Part shown: positions 42,144 through 54,472 of the stretch, piece by piece
How the letters are laid out: every line of letters starts with the position of its first letter
Numbering within the stretch: position 1 is the stretch's first letter
Assembly (NCBI RefSeq): GCF_009914755.1
Contig: NC_060937.1
DNA: 64,000 nucleotides
Source of the DNA: the human T2T-CHM13v2.0 reference genome, Homo sapiens
Direction: 5' to 3' (one strand)
Program-made: the position numbers and the translations under genes
The notes under the pieces: generated by a model
The model's database searches: none
What the model was told of the DNA's origin: nothing
The model's input: only the letters and a program-made list of their open reading frames with translations

Positions 42144-44924
42144 GCTGCTTGTCAGGTGTGAGCCTGTGGGGAAAAGCTCACTCTTCTAGTAAAGGGTGCT
42201 GAGGATAGTTTTAGTTGTGGACATAGTCAGTTGAAGAAATTGGTTTTGTTTATGGCACAGTTGCTTGTTTGGAGTAGAAAATCATAAGAATCAAGCCTGA
42301 ACCATCCTTCCTGAGGAAGGGGTCTGGGTTTTGCTGCTGATATTGTTACTAGTTTTGCTGCTGATATTGTTACTGGTTTTTGCTTCTATTACATGAAATT
42401 CCTTTATTCAATAGATTATTGGTGGTGTGTATAAGAATGTTTCTTGCTAATTGAGGATGTGTGAGGTTTAAGGCTGTGAACTGATCTTTGAAAAATAGTT
42501 TCCTGTTTCTAAAGTGACATTACCCAGTATTTGCTTACTGCTTTGTGCCTTATCTCCCGCTTTCTTTTTAGTATTTCTGTGAGTATTGTCTATTTGTCTA
42601 TTCTGTGAGTATTGGACTATTTGGACTATTTAAATGTGAAAGAAACTTTGTACTCTCACACTAGGAAGCCATAAACTCTAATCCTCACATTCTGAAAAGG
42701 AAGTAAGAAAAAACAAGACTTCACAGACAGGCTTTTCCCTGGCTGCACTACATGGATACAATAGGATGCTTTAGAAACAGATCTTGTCTCTGTTTTTGCC
42801 CTAAATAGATGCCAGCGCCTCGCCTGAAATGAATGGGAACCGTAGATGGCAGCTCGAGGCAGCCTGGGGCCCTGTCAGAGCAGTACAGTTTGTAGTCTGT
42901 GCTTTCTTCCTTGTTTTGATTGGTTTCTGTGCTGCTGACAGACAGAAAGCAGGGATGTGGTTACGGCTTCTGTGTCTGGTGGATTATCAAAACAAGACTG
43001 GTGTGTACTCCATTTTACGAGCCAAAATTTAGAAAAAGGAAAAAAAAAGTTGCCTGGCGATTTCTATATTGAGAACACAGACCACATGAGTGAGAGGGCT
43101 CGGTAATGCTAGCGAGACGGCACTGGCAAGACCTGGGTGGAGGAAGCGGACGTGCGGGTGCTCCCTCCCAGGGTTCCTGCACCCATGGCCTTGAGCAGGG
43201 GCGTGTTCATTCCCACCGGGAGTGCAGCCAGCACGAACGGGCAGGGGTGGGGGGCAGGTGGCCCCTGGCTCTCCTCCAGCATTCCTCCACCGCCTTCCAC
43301 ACAGGGGAGGCCGAGGGAAGCCCGACCCAGCCTCCAGCTCTGAGCGGTGCTCCCTCGGTGCTGCTGGAGAAACAGCATGCCAGAATCTGCCCTCTGCGGC
43401 CTTGACCCTCTACAGCAGTCCCTCACCTGCCTCTCTGAGAGGGGCCTGGGTCAGTGCACTGCGGAAACTGTTGCCACTCCTATATGCGCTATACTGAGTG
43501 AATACATGTAATAAAATGACAACAAGCACCATATTTAAAACAAATAATAAAGCTTGCCTATGGTGGGTTTTCTTTCCTTTGAGAGCTCTGAGAGGGCAGG
43601 GGGCAGGGGAGGGGTTGTGGGGCTCTGAAAGACCCTGAGGGACTGCCTAGTGGCTCCCAGGAGGACGCCATGTCAGGGAGGGCGGGTTTATGGGTTGTCT
43701 GCCATCTTATGCTGTCCTGTCCTGTTCTCCTGTCAGTGTGAGTTGAAGCCGAGCCTGAGACAGGCTCATAGCAGGATTGCTTTGCTGGCAGACACACCTG
43801 GCTTTGAATCCAGCCCCGCAACTTGGGGAAAGTTACTTAACATCTTTGAGCCACGGTTTCCTCCTTCATAACCAGACAGCAACACTCCAAGATGCTTGTG
43901 AGGCTCTCAAGAGGATTTATTCCAGCGCTGAGCGCAGTGCCTGGCGCACATTAAGATGCCAGGAAGCCGGATGGGTGATTGCTCAGGTCTGTCCAGCCAG
44001 TTGGGCAGCCGTCAGAAACTGGGAGGGCTGACGAGACACCAGCCCAGAGAGCTGTCAGGGAGCGGCAGAGCAGAGGAGAGGGCCCAGGATGGATCGGCAG
44101 GTGTCAGCCAGGATGGACGGGAGGAGCCGTGCTCAGAGCCAGCAGCCCCAGGACGAGCAGCTCCTGGCTAGGAACAGAAGACAGGCACTGTGGGACAAGT
44201 CAAAGGTAAAACCTAAGAGCTCACCGCAAGATACAAAGAAGCCCAGAGCCAACGACGCCCCAGCTCTGAACTGGAGACGGGACAGAGGCTGAGTTTTGAG
44301 AGCAGGAGGGAGTGGAGCTGCTGGCTTGGTTGTGGGGTCTGGAGCCAATGGGGTGTTGGCTGCCCAGGGTGCAGGGCCCTAAGTTGAATACTGATGTGAA
44401 GCTATACATTAAGAGAATGATTCTTCAAAGCTCCTTAGACATTAATAACAGATTATTAGTGAGAGTTAATATGTCAGTTTCTAGGATTCCTTTTGATCTT
44501 ATTGTTGTCCACATGTTTAAAAGATTGAAAAATACTATTTGTGAAGAATGGCTTGAAAGTCTAGATTAGATATACTAGTGACTTTTCCAACACTAACAGT
44601 TTACATTCTGGAACATGAAACATATTTCATACTTTAATTCAGTCACCCAACACTGACTATTAAGCATGTTCCTTGTCCTTGAGAAAGTCATAGCTAGGAT
44701 AAGAGTAGGGACAGGATATAAAGGGACAGATATAAACTTAATAATAACTATAATGTAAATGCGATACATATTTTAAAAGAGGTTAGTCTAACATGTTTAT
44801 AGAACATCAAAGGCAGATATTGTTATGGCAGAGGATCAGGGAACTGAAAAATAAGTCATGGAACCGTCACCAAGCAATGATGGTTACAACTTTTGTTTGT
44901 TGTTTGGTTGGTTTTTGTTTCCTT

Positions 44925-45057
44925 AAGTTTATTTTTAAATAGAGATGGGATCTTGCTATGTTGCCCAGGCTGGTCTTGAACTCCTGGCCTCAAGCAATCC
45001 TCCTGCCTCAGCCTCCTAAAGTGCTGAGATTACAGGCATGAGCCACTGCGCCCGGCC
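44925..45057 (-). mobile_element. Alu monomer (FLAM-C-like)
   Basis: Single antisense left arm. Confidence 0.85.
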
Positions 45058-45344
45058 AATGGTTAAACTTTTGAGGGATGAGCCAGAATTTGATGGGCTG
45101 TTTTGGGTGGGAAAGTTGCTCCAGGCGGAGAGGTCAGCGTGGACGGATGGAAGGATTTTGTCCTATTCGTTGGAATAAGGAACATTCAGTGGTACACATT
45201 GGCTAACGCAGAGGTTTCCAGCCAATGCAATCAGAATCCATTGCCTGCAACTTGTGGCTTGCTGCATGGACAGGCAACAAAAGGCATATGTCCTAGAACA
45301 ACCTGAGCATGTGGTGTGGTTTAAGTAAGCTTAACCTGAAGGTC

Positions 45345-45536
45345 CAGTGGTTCCCAAATTTTTCCAGGTGTCAGAATCATTTGAGGAGCTTTTCAAAATA
45401 AATTCTCAGCCAACATCCTTCCCCACTACCACCACCCAACCTGACTCAGTGGCCCAGGGCAGGGGAGGATCTTTATTTTTCTAAACATTTTCCATGTGAT
45501 TAGATGCCACAGGCCCTGGGTGTTTGGGAACCACTG
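45345..45536. mobile_element. MER5A-like hAT element
   Basis: Perfect 14-bp terminal inverted repeats cagtggttcccaaa ... tttgggaaccactg. Confidence 0.85.
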
Positions 45537-45840
45537 AAGGGGGATGGACCCTGGAAATTGTGCATCATGTTTTGACGTTGTCAGTTCCTGTGACCCAGCT
45601 CTTTCCCTCTGTGTGCATCTCCGTGGCCTGAGCTCTTGGGGTTCACCCATAGTTTCAGCCCACAGAGCAGCAGCCCGTGACAGCTGCTCCCAGCTGTGAA
45701 CACGAGCTGCCCGCCTGGGCTTGCCATTTCTGTTTTTAAGATGGGAAGTCAGAATGGCTTATCTCAACTCTGAGGAAGTCTGAGCCATCAGCAAGAGGTT
45801 TTCTCAAATACATGATTTTAGCAGATTATTTTAAGGGTGG

Positions 45841-45875
45841 GGGAATTTCCCTGAAGTCAAGGGAGGGGAAATTCC
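45841..45875. promoter_or_regulatory. Pair of consensus NF-kB sites GGGAATTTCC (45841-45850) and GGGAAATTCC (45866-45875) in an inverted repeat
   Basis: Both are exact matches to GGGRNWYYCC. Confidence 0.6.
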
Positions 45876-46691
45876 CCACCAAGGAGTGATGCTGGGTGGG
45901 AGATGCTGGTCGGGAACCAGCTGCTCATTAGCTAGGCAGTGTTGGAGAGTGCCTCATGAAAATAGCTAAATCTATGTCTCCTTGTTGTCAAGTGCCTGAT
46001 GTTTAAGGGCTGTGTTAGATCTCACCTCCCTTTCCTTTAACAGAACACCTCAACCTCCACCCTGTTATCACACCCTCACCAGGACTACCCTCCCCCACTT
46101 ATCAGTCAGGGGCTTTTTTTTTCCTGATGTCTTCTCTAACTGTATTTGTAACAATCCTTCCAATTTAAAAAAATGACACCTCCTCTATGGCTACCACATT
46201 GTTCTCTGTAGTAGTTCCTAAAGCTAAAAGTGGCCAGGGCTGAAAATGGGGACTGGGGCATTCTACTCACTGACAGCTGCAGCCAGGAGGAAAGCAGAGA
46301 GGGGGAGGAAAATGAGACATTTGTGTAAGGGATGGACTGGGGAAGGACCAATGCAGCCCCAGGAATCAGGGGCCCCCAGAGGGCAGTGTTTCTAGGAGTG
46401 ATGGTTAACCATGGTTATTGAACAAGAGCATTATAAATTCACTTTATTACATTTTTGGAATTGATAGTACTCTGTGGAACAGATGTGTTCTCTTGGAATT
46501 GTCCCCAGTCAGAGAGGCGCTGATGGTCAGCACGCAGTTTTGATGACCAAGGGTGTGCTCCTTCTACCTGACTGAAGCTGCGGGAAGTGTTGTAGAAAGA
46601 GCCTGCTCTGTCTGCTCTCATATTGATTGTATGTAGGCATTTGGGGTTTTAAAACTGATTTCAATTTGGAGCAGTCTTTGCTTCTTGTTTA

Positions 46692-47001
<310 letters not shown>

Positions 47002-47044
47002 TCACCCCTCCCCCAAAAAATGTTTTTTCCACACCAATTTTTTC

Positions 47045-47720
47045 AACAAAAGAAACTACAGTTGGTGAGAATGTGGAGAAATTGGAACTGTTGCGCACTG
47101 TTGGTGGGAATGTGAAATGATGCAGCCATGTGGAAAACAGTATGGAGAGTCCTCCAAAAATTAAAACTAGAACTACCATTTGATCAAGTATGCTAAAGAG
47201 TTGTAAGCAGGGTCTCAAAAAGATAGTAGCACATTACTCACAATAGCCAAGTGGTAAAAGGAGCCCAAATGTTCACCCACAAACAGGTAAACAGAATGTG
47301 GTGTGTATACTCACAATGGAATATTTTTGGTTTTTTCCTTTTTTAAAAATCAATGGAAGTGCTAACCAAACAATGGAATATTATATAGTGTTTAAAAAGA
47401 AGGAAGTTCTAACACTTGGTACACATGAATGGATGTCAAGGACATTATGCTTAGTGAAATGAACCAGCCATAAAAGGACATATACTGTATGATCCCATTC
47501 ATATGAAGTATCTAAAGTAGTCAACATCATAGAAACAGAAAGTGGAAAGGTGGTTGCCAAGGAACAGGAGAGGAAGAAGAGGAAGTTGGTGTTTAATATG
47601 TGTGGCCGTTCTGCAAGATGAAAAAGTTCTGTCGTACAAGAGTGTGAATATACTTGACACTGCTGAACTGGAACTGTGTGCTTAAAAAGGGTTAAGATGG
47701 TAAAAGAAAGGAAGAAAGGA
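47045..47720 (+). mobile_element. L1M 3' end
   Basis: gttggtgagaatgtggagaaattggaac...gcagccatgtggaaaacagtatggag...gggttaagatggtaaa. Confidence 0.85.
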
Positions 47721-48238
47721 AGAAAGAAACAATAAAATTTACTTTTTAATTATTATAATACATTCATTTCTCCTGATTTTGGTGACATACATTTTGAGAA
47801 TTTATAATAGCTTTACAGCGTCAAAATTCCCTTAGATAAGAAGTCATCATTATTAACTTTCATCTGTAGTTGAGGTTCAAAGCCTATTGAAGTTAGTGAG
47901 GAATGGAACATGTAGAGGTGAAGAAGGCAGCAGCACCGGCCTGTGGGTCTGGCCATTGTGAGGAACTCTGCCCAGCAGAGCTGGCATTGACATGCTGTGG
48001 ACTACTACATCTAAGATTTTTCAGCTGAACTGCAAATTGCTATTTCCCCATCAGCAATTCGTAATTCAATTGAACAATGTCTACTGAGAGTATGTGACAC
48101 TTTAAAAAGTGTTCAAGTAGAGTGGAGTCAGATTACAGAGAAGATATACCGTAAAAGAATTTTGTTATGAAGCAATAGACAACTCGCATGTCATTTCTTG
48201 TGACATCATAAAACCACTGTTTTAAGAAGTTCACCTTG

Positions 48239-48656
<418 letters not shown>

Positions 48657-49518
48657 TCAGAGAGACCTGGGTTCCTATCCTGGTTTGGACCCAGCCCCTG
48701 TATAGCCCTGATAAATGACTCAACTTCTTGGAACCTCAGTTTCCACATCAGCAATTTGCAGTTCAATTGGAAATCACATACTGAGTGCCTTCTGTATGCC
48801 AGGTACTATGCTAGGGGCTGGGAAGACAAAAATCAAACGTCTGTCCTTTCCTTTAAGTCTGTCCTGTCCTTTAAGGTGGTAAGCGACCTAGACAGTAAGC
48901 GTGGGGAATCATAGAAAACCACCAGGCCTGGACGAAGCATCAAAGCATAGCACAAAGATTCTTCCTGTCTAGACATCAGACACTGAGAAATCCTACTCCA
49001 TAAAACACACTTGAATTATGGGACAGGAACACAGGAGTCATTAACTTTAAGGGACTTTAAAATCGTGAAAGTAGTTAGGGTGGTGAAGGGAAAAGGATAC
49101 AACCAGAAAATGGAATCAGGTCCTTGACAGGCCCCACTGGGAGCAGGGATTGGTAGTTGGAAGGAAGGGTTAGTGAGGGAACGGAGGGCAGGACATACGG
49201 CTGCTCTCCAGAATGGGAGCAAAACACACAGATTTGGATACTAACACTGTTTTTAATATCATTTTGTCTTATTACAAGTAACAGCTACTGCTGGAGGAGA
49301 CAGTTCTGCCCAGTGGGTAAGAGTTAGATGGCCTGAGCCTGCTGCACACAGCTGTGTGTTATTGGGACTTGAGTTTCCTCATCTGTAAGTGGGGACAACT
49401 GACAGTACCTCCCATGTAGCATTGTCATGAGGATTATATGAGCCGGTTCATCTCCACAGCTTAAATCAGTGCCTAGCACATTATAGGCACCTGATAAAAT
49501 AACATCTTGCAATTCTAT

Positions 49519-49656
49519 TTTTAATTTTTTTTTAATTTATAGAGATGGGTCTTATTATGTTGCCCAGCTTGGTCCCAAACTCCTGGGCTCAAGGGATCCT
49601 CCTGCCTCAGTCTTCCAAAGTGCTGGGATTACAAGCATGAGCTACCACGCCCAGCC
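49519..49656 (-). mobile_element. Alu monomer (FLAM-like) with a perfect 17-bp TSD
   Basis: acatcttgcaattctat at 49502-49518 and 49657-49673. Confidence 0.9.
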
Positions 49657-49779
49657 ACATCTTGCAATTCTATACTGTTTTTCAATTTACAGGGTGCTTT
49701 CATGTATCATCATTCCACTTGAGGCTCAAAGCACACCAATAACAAGTACTTGTTCAGAATGTATAAACAACCCTGAGAG

Positions 49780-49900
49780 ATGGGTTTTATCATCCACATT
49801 CAACAGGTGAAAAAACAAAGAAAGAAACTTGACCAAGGACTCATACTCAAAAAAGAAAAATATAGAAAAGAAAAAAAATGTGCATCGCTATCATTTGAAG
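49780..49900 (+). CDS. SPATA13: Alternative N-terminal coding segment MGFIIHIQQVKKQRKKLDQGLILKKEKYRKEKKCASLSFE + G, ending at a GC 5' splice site; probable exon 49693-49900
   Basis: 40 open codons from gagATGG; donor AAG|gcaagt (consensus GC-AG donor); phase 1 is compatible with the 55215 exon; candidate acceptor tttttcaatttacag| at 49692. Confidence 0.7.
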
Positions 49901-49949
49901 GCAAGTTCATCTGACCCCAAAGCCTTGCATGAAGTCCACATGCTGTTTT

Positions 49950-50090
49950 TCCTTCTTTCCTTCCTTCCTTCCTTCCTTCCTTCCTTCCTTCCTTCCTTCC
50001 TTCCTTCCCTCTTTCCTTCCTTCCTTCCCTCCTTCCTTCCTTCCCTCCCTCCCTCCCTCCCTCCCTCCCTCCCTTCCTTCCTTCCTTCCC
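49950..50090. repeat. (CCTT)n/(CCCT)n polypyrimidine microsatellite
   Basis: About 140 bp of pure pyrimidine on the + strand. Confidence 0.97.
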
Positions 50091-50099
50091 TGCCTCCCA

Positions 50100-50735
50100 T
50101 GTATGCCAGGCAGGAACACAGTTAAGAATAAAGCAGACAAGAATTACTGCCTTTCTGGAGCTTACATTCTGGATAGTGAACAGAATACATTATAGACGGT
50201 GACAAATGCTATGGAGAAAACTAAACCAGGGGAGACAGTGGAGTGAGAGTGAGGGTTGTGGTTTTGAGTGGTATGGTGAAGGTGAGAGAGGGAGCCAGTG
50301 TGTGTGTACCTGGGGAGGGCTGTCAGGCACACGGAGCAGCGGCCCTGGGCAAGGAGTGCCTGCGGTCTTTGCAGCCAAGAGCCCATTGGTTGGAGAGGGG
50401 TGGGAGGCACAGTGTATCTGGGGAGAGGTCTCAAGAACTTTGGCTGTCTCCCCTGTGGATGATTCTGAGCAGAGGAGTGACACAATCCAGTCTAGGAATG
50501 GTTTGGCAGCATCGCTCTGGCAGCTATGGCCTGCCGGGGGCAGGGGTGGCAGCAGGGAGACCAGGAGGGGCTGCTGGAGGGAGCCGGAAGCTGGATGGGA
50601 ACCCAGGCTTAAGTGGTGGGAGGGGACCCAGGCTTGAGTGGTGGCAGAGGGGTAAGAGGTAGCCAGATCCTGGACACTTTCAGGAACTTGAGTCAGATCT
50701 GCCAGTGAGTGGGTCGTGGGATGTGAGAGGTGGAA
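50100..50735. mobile_element. L2 fragment
   Basis: ctgcctttctggagcttacattctgg...gattctgagcagaggagtgacacaatc...ggagaccaggaggggctgctg. Confidence 0.6.
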
Positions 50736-51064
50736 GAATAACCTCTGAATAGATAAAACATACAGGCTAATGCCTGCTTTACAGATGGGAAAACTGAAGC
50801 TCAAAGAGCTGAAGTGACTTGCACCAAGGTCATTTAGTTAGGAAGTTAGTGAAGCAAGGACATTCACCCAGGAATTTTCACTCCAGGCGCCATGACTTTC
50901 CCTCGTCCATGTTTCAAGTCTCTTGCCCCTGGCTTCTGCCCCCCATCTCCTGGCCAGGACCGAGTCAGCCGACCCATGAGCGCTTCAAGCCATCTTGCTT
51001 CCGCAGTGTCGCTAACTACTAATCCATGATGTTGAAACAGTTGCTGTTGAAACCTCTCTTGTGA

Positions 51065-51253
<189 letters not shown>

Positions 51254-54200
51254 TAGAGCTGTTTTGCTAAGTGTTTATGAAGAACTCAGAGAGCAGTCAG
51301 TATTTCCAGTCCGTGTCTCTGTCCAGAGGTTTTTCTCCTGGTACCTCCTGTAAAGGTCTAACTTTTCAATAGACTCCTGTTAATTGTGAATTTATACATG
51401 ATTACAACCAGCTTTTTTTCTTTCTTTACTGATTTTCACAGCAATAGCTAGATCATGGTAAAGAATTCTCCCTTGGAAAACACTGTTCAGTTCTTCGAGG
51501 AGAAAGCGTCATTTTTCAGAGCTGTGCTGTGGGTGGGAAGCCCCAATGCCTTTATTTTACTGAGATGCACTTTTTTTTTTTTTTTTGGCTCAACCACGGT
51601 TTAAATTGATAAGGAAAAATGCTATTGGTACCAGACAGTGCCAGATCAGTGGTTGCTAAAATTGGAAGATTCCTGCTGCTTTAGGCATTAGACACCCAGA
51701 CTTTGTGTATATGCTCCTCACCCAGGAGCATCAGGATATCTCGGCCAGTAAGCAGCACAGTTCTTGGGCCTCGTGGTCTGGGCAGCCGCTCCAGGGTTAG
51801 AGAAGGCCTTTGTCTTCAGTGTTGTTTCCCTTGGAGTCTAAAACATACTCATGCATGAAAAAAATGATGTGCTTCCTCAAGACATCCCCCAACCCACCCC
51901 CAAACTCACACACCAGCAAAGCATACTAGACTAGGTGACCTCCTGCTCTCCGACTGTACGCACCCTGGCCTAGCATAGGAAGCAGAAGTTACATTTAAAA
52001 CGAAACAGTCACCATGCGTTGTTCAGGCTCCCGTGTTTCTCAGACAGCACATGTCTGGCTTTCTCAAGGCCTCCAGCCACACCCCCAGCCAGACAGACAT
52101 GGGTACACACATGCATAGCTGGCTCCCTGCTGCCCACCCACCCGTGCTCCCAGGGTGCACTCCCTTCTCCTGAGGCGCCAGGCCCTGCCATGCCCCTGGC
52201 AACCGTCCCCTCTCCTTTAATGAGCAGGTAAGAAAGCTAGGGCCCAGAAGGCAAGACCAAGGCTGTGGAGCGCTTTCTTCTGCCTCTTGGCTTTGTGCTT
52301 AGGCCCGGGAATTTACTCCTCCCCCTCCAACCCCGTCTCTTGGTCTCTTAGACAGCTCACTTTCACTTTTTCCTCACAGACACAGGCCCTGACCTTTCCT
52401 GACCAAAACTGGGGATGGGCCCAGGCAGGGGAGTGGAGGTGGGTAGAGGGTGACTGGCACCATGCACTCAGAGCCTGGAACCCTGACTTTGTCCACACTG
52501 AGAGCTCTCCCCTGGCTTCCATTGTCAGCTGCTCCAAGGTTCCCTGGCTGTCGCGGTGTCCGGCGCACCTGTCTGGGTGGTTTCACGGCTGGGGCACAGG
52601 TGCGGACCCATGGGCCATGCCTCAATGTGGCGTGTGCTGTCATGGACGTAAGCAGCTGGTTCTCCTGGAATCACAGAAGGGTTCTGGAAAGGAGGTGATG
52701 GTGGCTGGGATGTCGGGGTTTCTCTGAGAGGGGCACCCCAGGCAGAGGGGGAAGCAACTGGAAAGCCAGAGCCCATGAGCAGACCCAGCTCAGTGGGCAC
52801 CACTCACAGGTGCTGTGTCCAGAGCTCAGGCTTACAGGACTGGGGCTGCCAGGTGGGAGGTGGCCTGAGCACAGTCTGAGAGAGGGGCTGGGGCCGGGCT
52901 GGGAGAGGCGCCGCTGGCAGCACGTGCACACCTTCCTGCTTTCCCTCCGTCCTGCTTCAAGAGCTCCGTGCATCACCAGTGCATGAGCTTGAACTCCTCC
53001 TCATAATGACAGCCCTGTCTGTGCTTGGCAAGGAAGACCTAAAATGCTGGTGCATGAAATACTACTTCTGCAGTGTTGATTACCCCCATTATTGTGGATC
53101 TTTTTCCATGTTTATCATTGTTCTAGTGCCAGACTCCTGGGCTCTATTTACAGAATTGGTTGCTTGTGACAGCAGTGTGGCTGAAGTGATGAGGGGAGGG
53201 AAGGGAGGAGAGGCATAAGGGGAGCAGGAGGCTAAGCATGATGGTGGGGGGTGGGAGTCTGGGGCTGGATGTGTGTCTGCCGAGCACCTGGCACATGGCC
53301 AGTGCAGGTAAGATGAACTGTGCATAGAAAATGCAGGTTAGATTGATCCGAATATAAAACATCTCCCCAAGAAAGAACTCTTCAGTCAGAAACCAGACCC
53401 ATCCTTTTCTAGTCAAGTAACTAGAAACGTGGATTTGCCAAGTCCTTGAGGAAAGCAAGCCCATGGAGCACCATCCCAGGGCGACCTTCAGCCAGCCCTC
53501 TGTCCTTGCTGGCACACCAGCTTCTCCCTCAGGCTTCTGCTTTTTGTTAAATCTCCAGGGAACTTGGAATTTTTCCAAAACATCCTTGACTGTATCTCTG
53601 TTGCTGCAGGCATGAGCTTGGCCTCCCAACATGGATCTCAGTTCCTGATGCCATTTCCTCGGGCAGCTCTTGTTGCTGCCCACTCCCACTAACCTGTGTT
53701 CTCCCCAGCTGGCTTCCCTGGCCCCAGGCTCTGCCCCAACAGCTCTTCCTCCACGTCGTAGCAAAGTCTGTCATTAGCCCAGCCCTCATTGTGCGGGACA
53801 CCATCACCACAGTAGCACTCTCTGTGGAGTTCCAGCTACTTGTCAAGGATGCTAAAAGTTTCACCTGCATTCTGTGGCCTGATTCTTCAAAAAGAAGGAC
53901 ATGAAGCTCAGAGAAATGCAGTCACTTGATTTAGGTCCCATGCCCACAGAAGGGCAGGACCAGAATTCAGACGAGACTCTGTGACCCTAAAACCTCTTCT
54001 CTTTCTGTCATATGAGGGGACTCTACTTAGGTCCTGTGGCTTCCTTTCTCCAAACCCTGGAACAGCAGCCCAGGATGAACTCTAGCCTGTGAGACCCTTC
54101 TGTGTGCCCCCGATCTTTGCAGTCTTGTCTTTCATGAGATGTGCAGGGAGTCTGTGGAGCATGTGCTTCGAATCAAGCCACCTGTGATTTGCAATCGGGC

Positions 54201-54440
54201 CATCGCACTGTTCTGAGTCGCCTGCTCCTCTTCCAGGAAGCCTTTCCCTGACTGGGGAGGATCCCTTCCTCTTTAAAATCCTGCCACTTGCTTCAGACTC
54301 TCCCTATTATATTTCCACTTCCTGGCTGCAGTCATCAGAATTCGGGTTTTATTGCATCCCCTTAAAGACAAGGGTCATCTGTTGTATAGCTTTCTGTCCC
54401 CAGCACCTGACAGTCATTCCGTTGGAAAAAATACTGATAG

Positions 54441-54472
54441 ATTGCTTCTTGGACTTTTGGCTAAGATCAAGT
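54441..54472 (+). pseudogene. 3'-truncated U2 snRNA retrocopy (U2 nt 1-32)
   Basis: attgcttcttggacttttggctaagatcaagt vs U2 ATCGCTTCTCGGCCTTTTGGCTAAGATCAAGT: 29/32 identical, two differences are CpG transitions. Confidence 0.85.

Noticed and set aside
49829-50804. ORFs of 69-204 aa (LPSF/GRKE repeats and overlapping frames)
   Set aside because: They arise from the stop-free (CCTT)n tract and GC-rich L2 sequence, not from real genes
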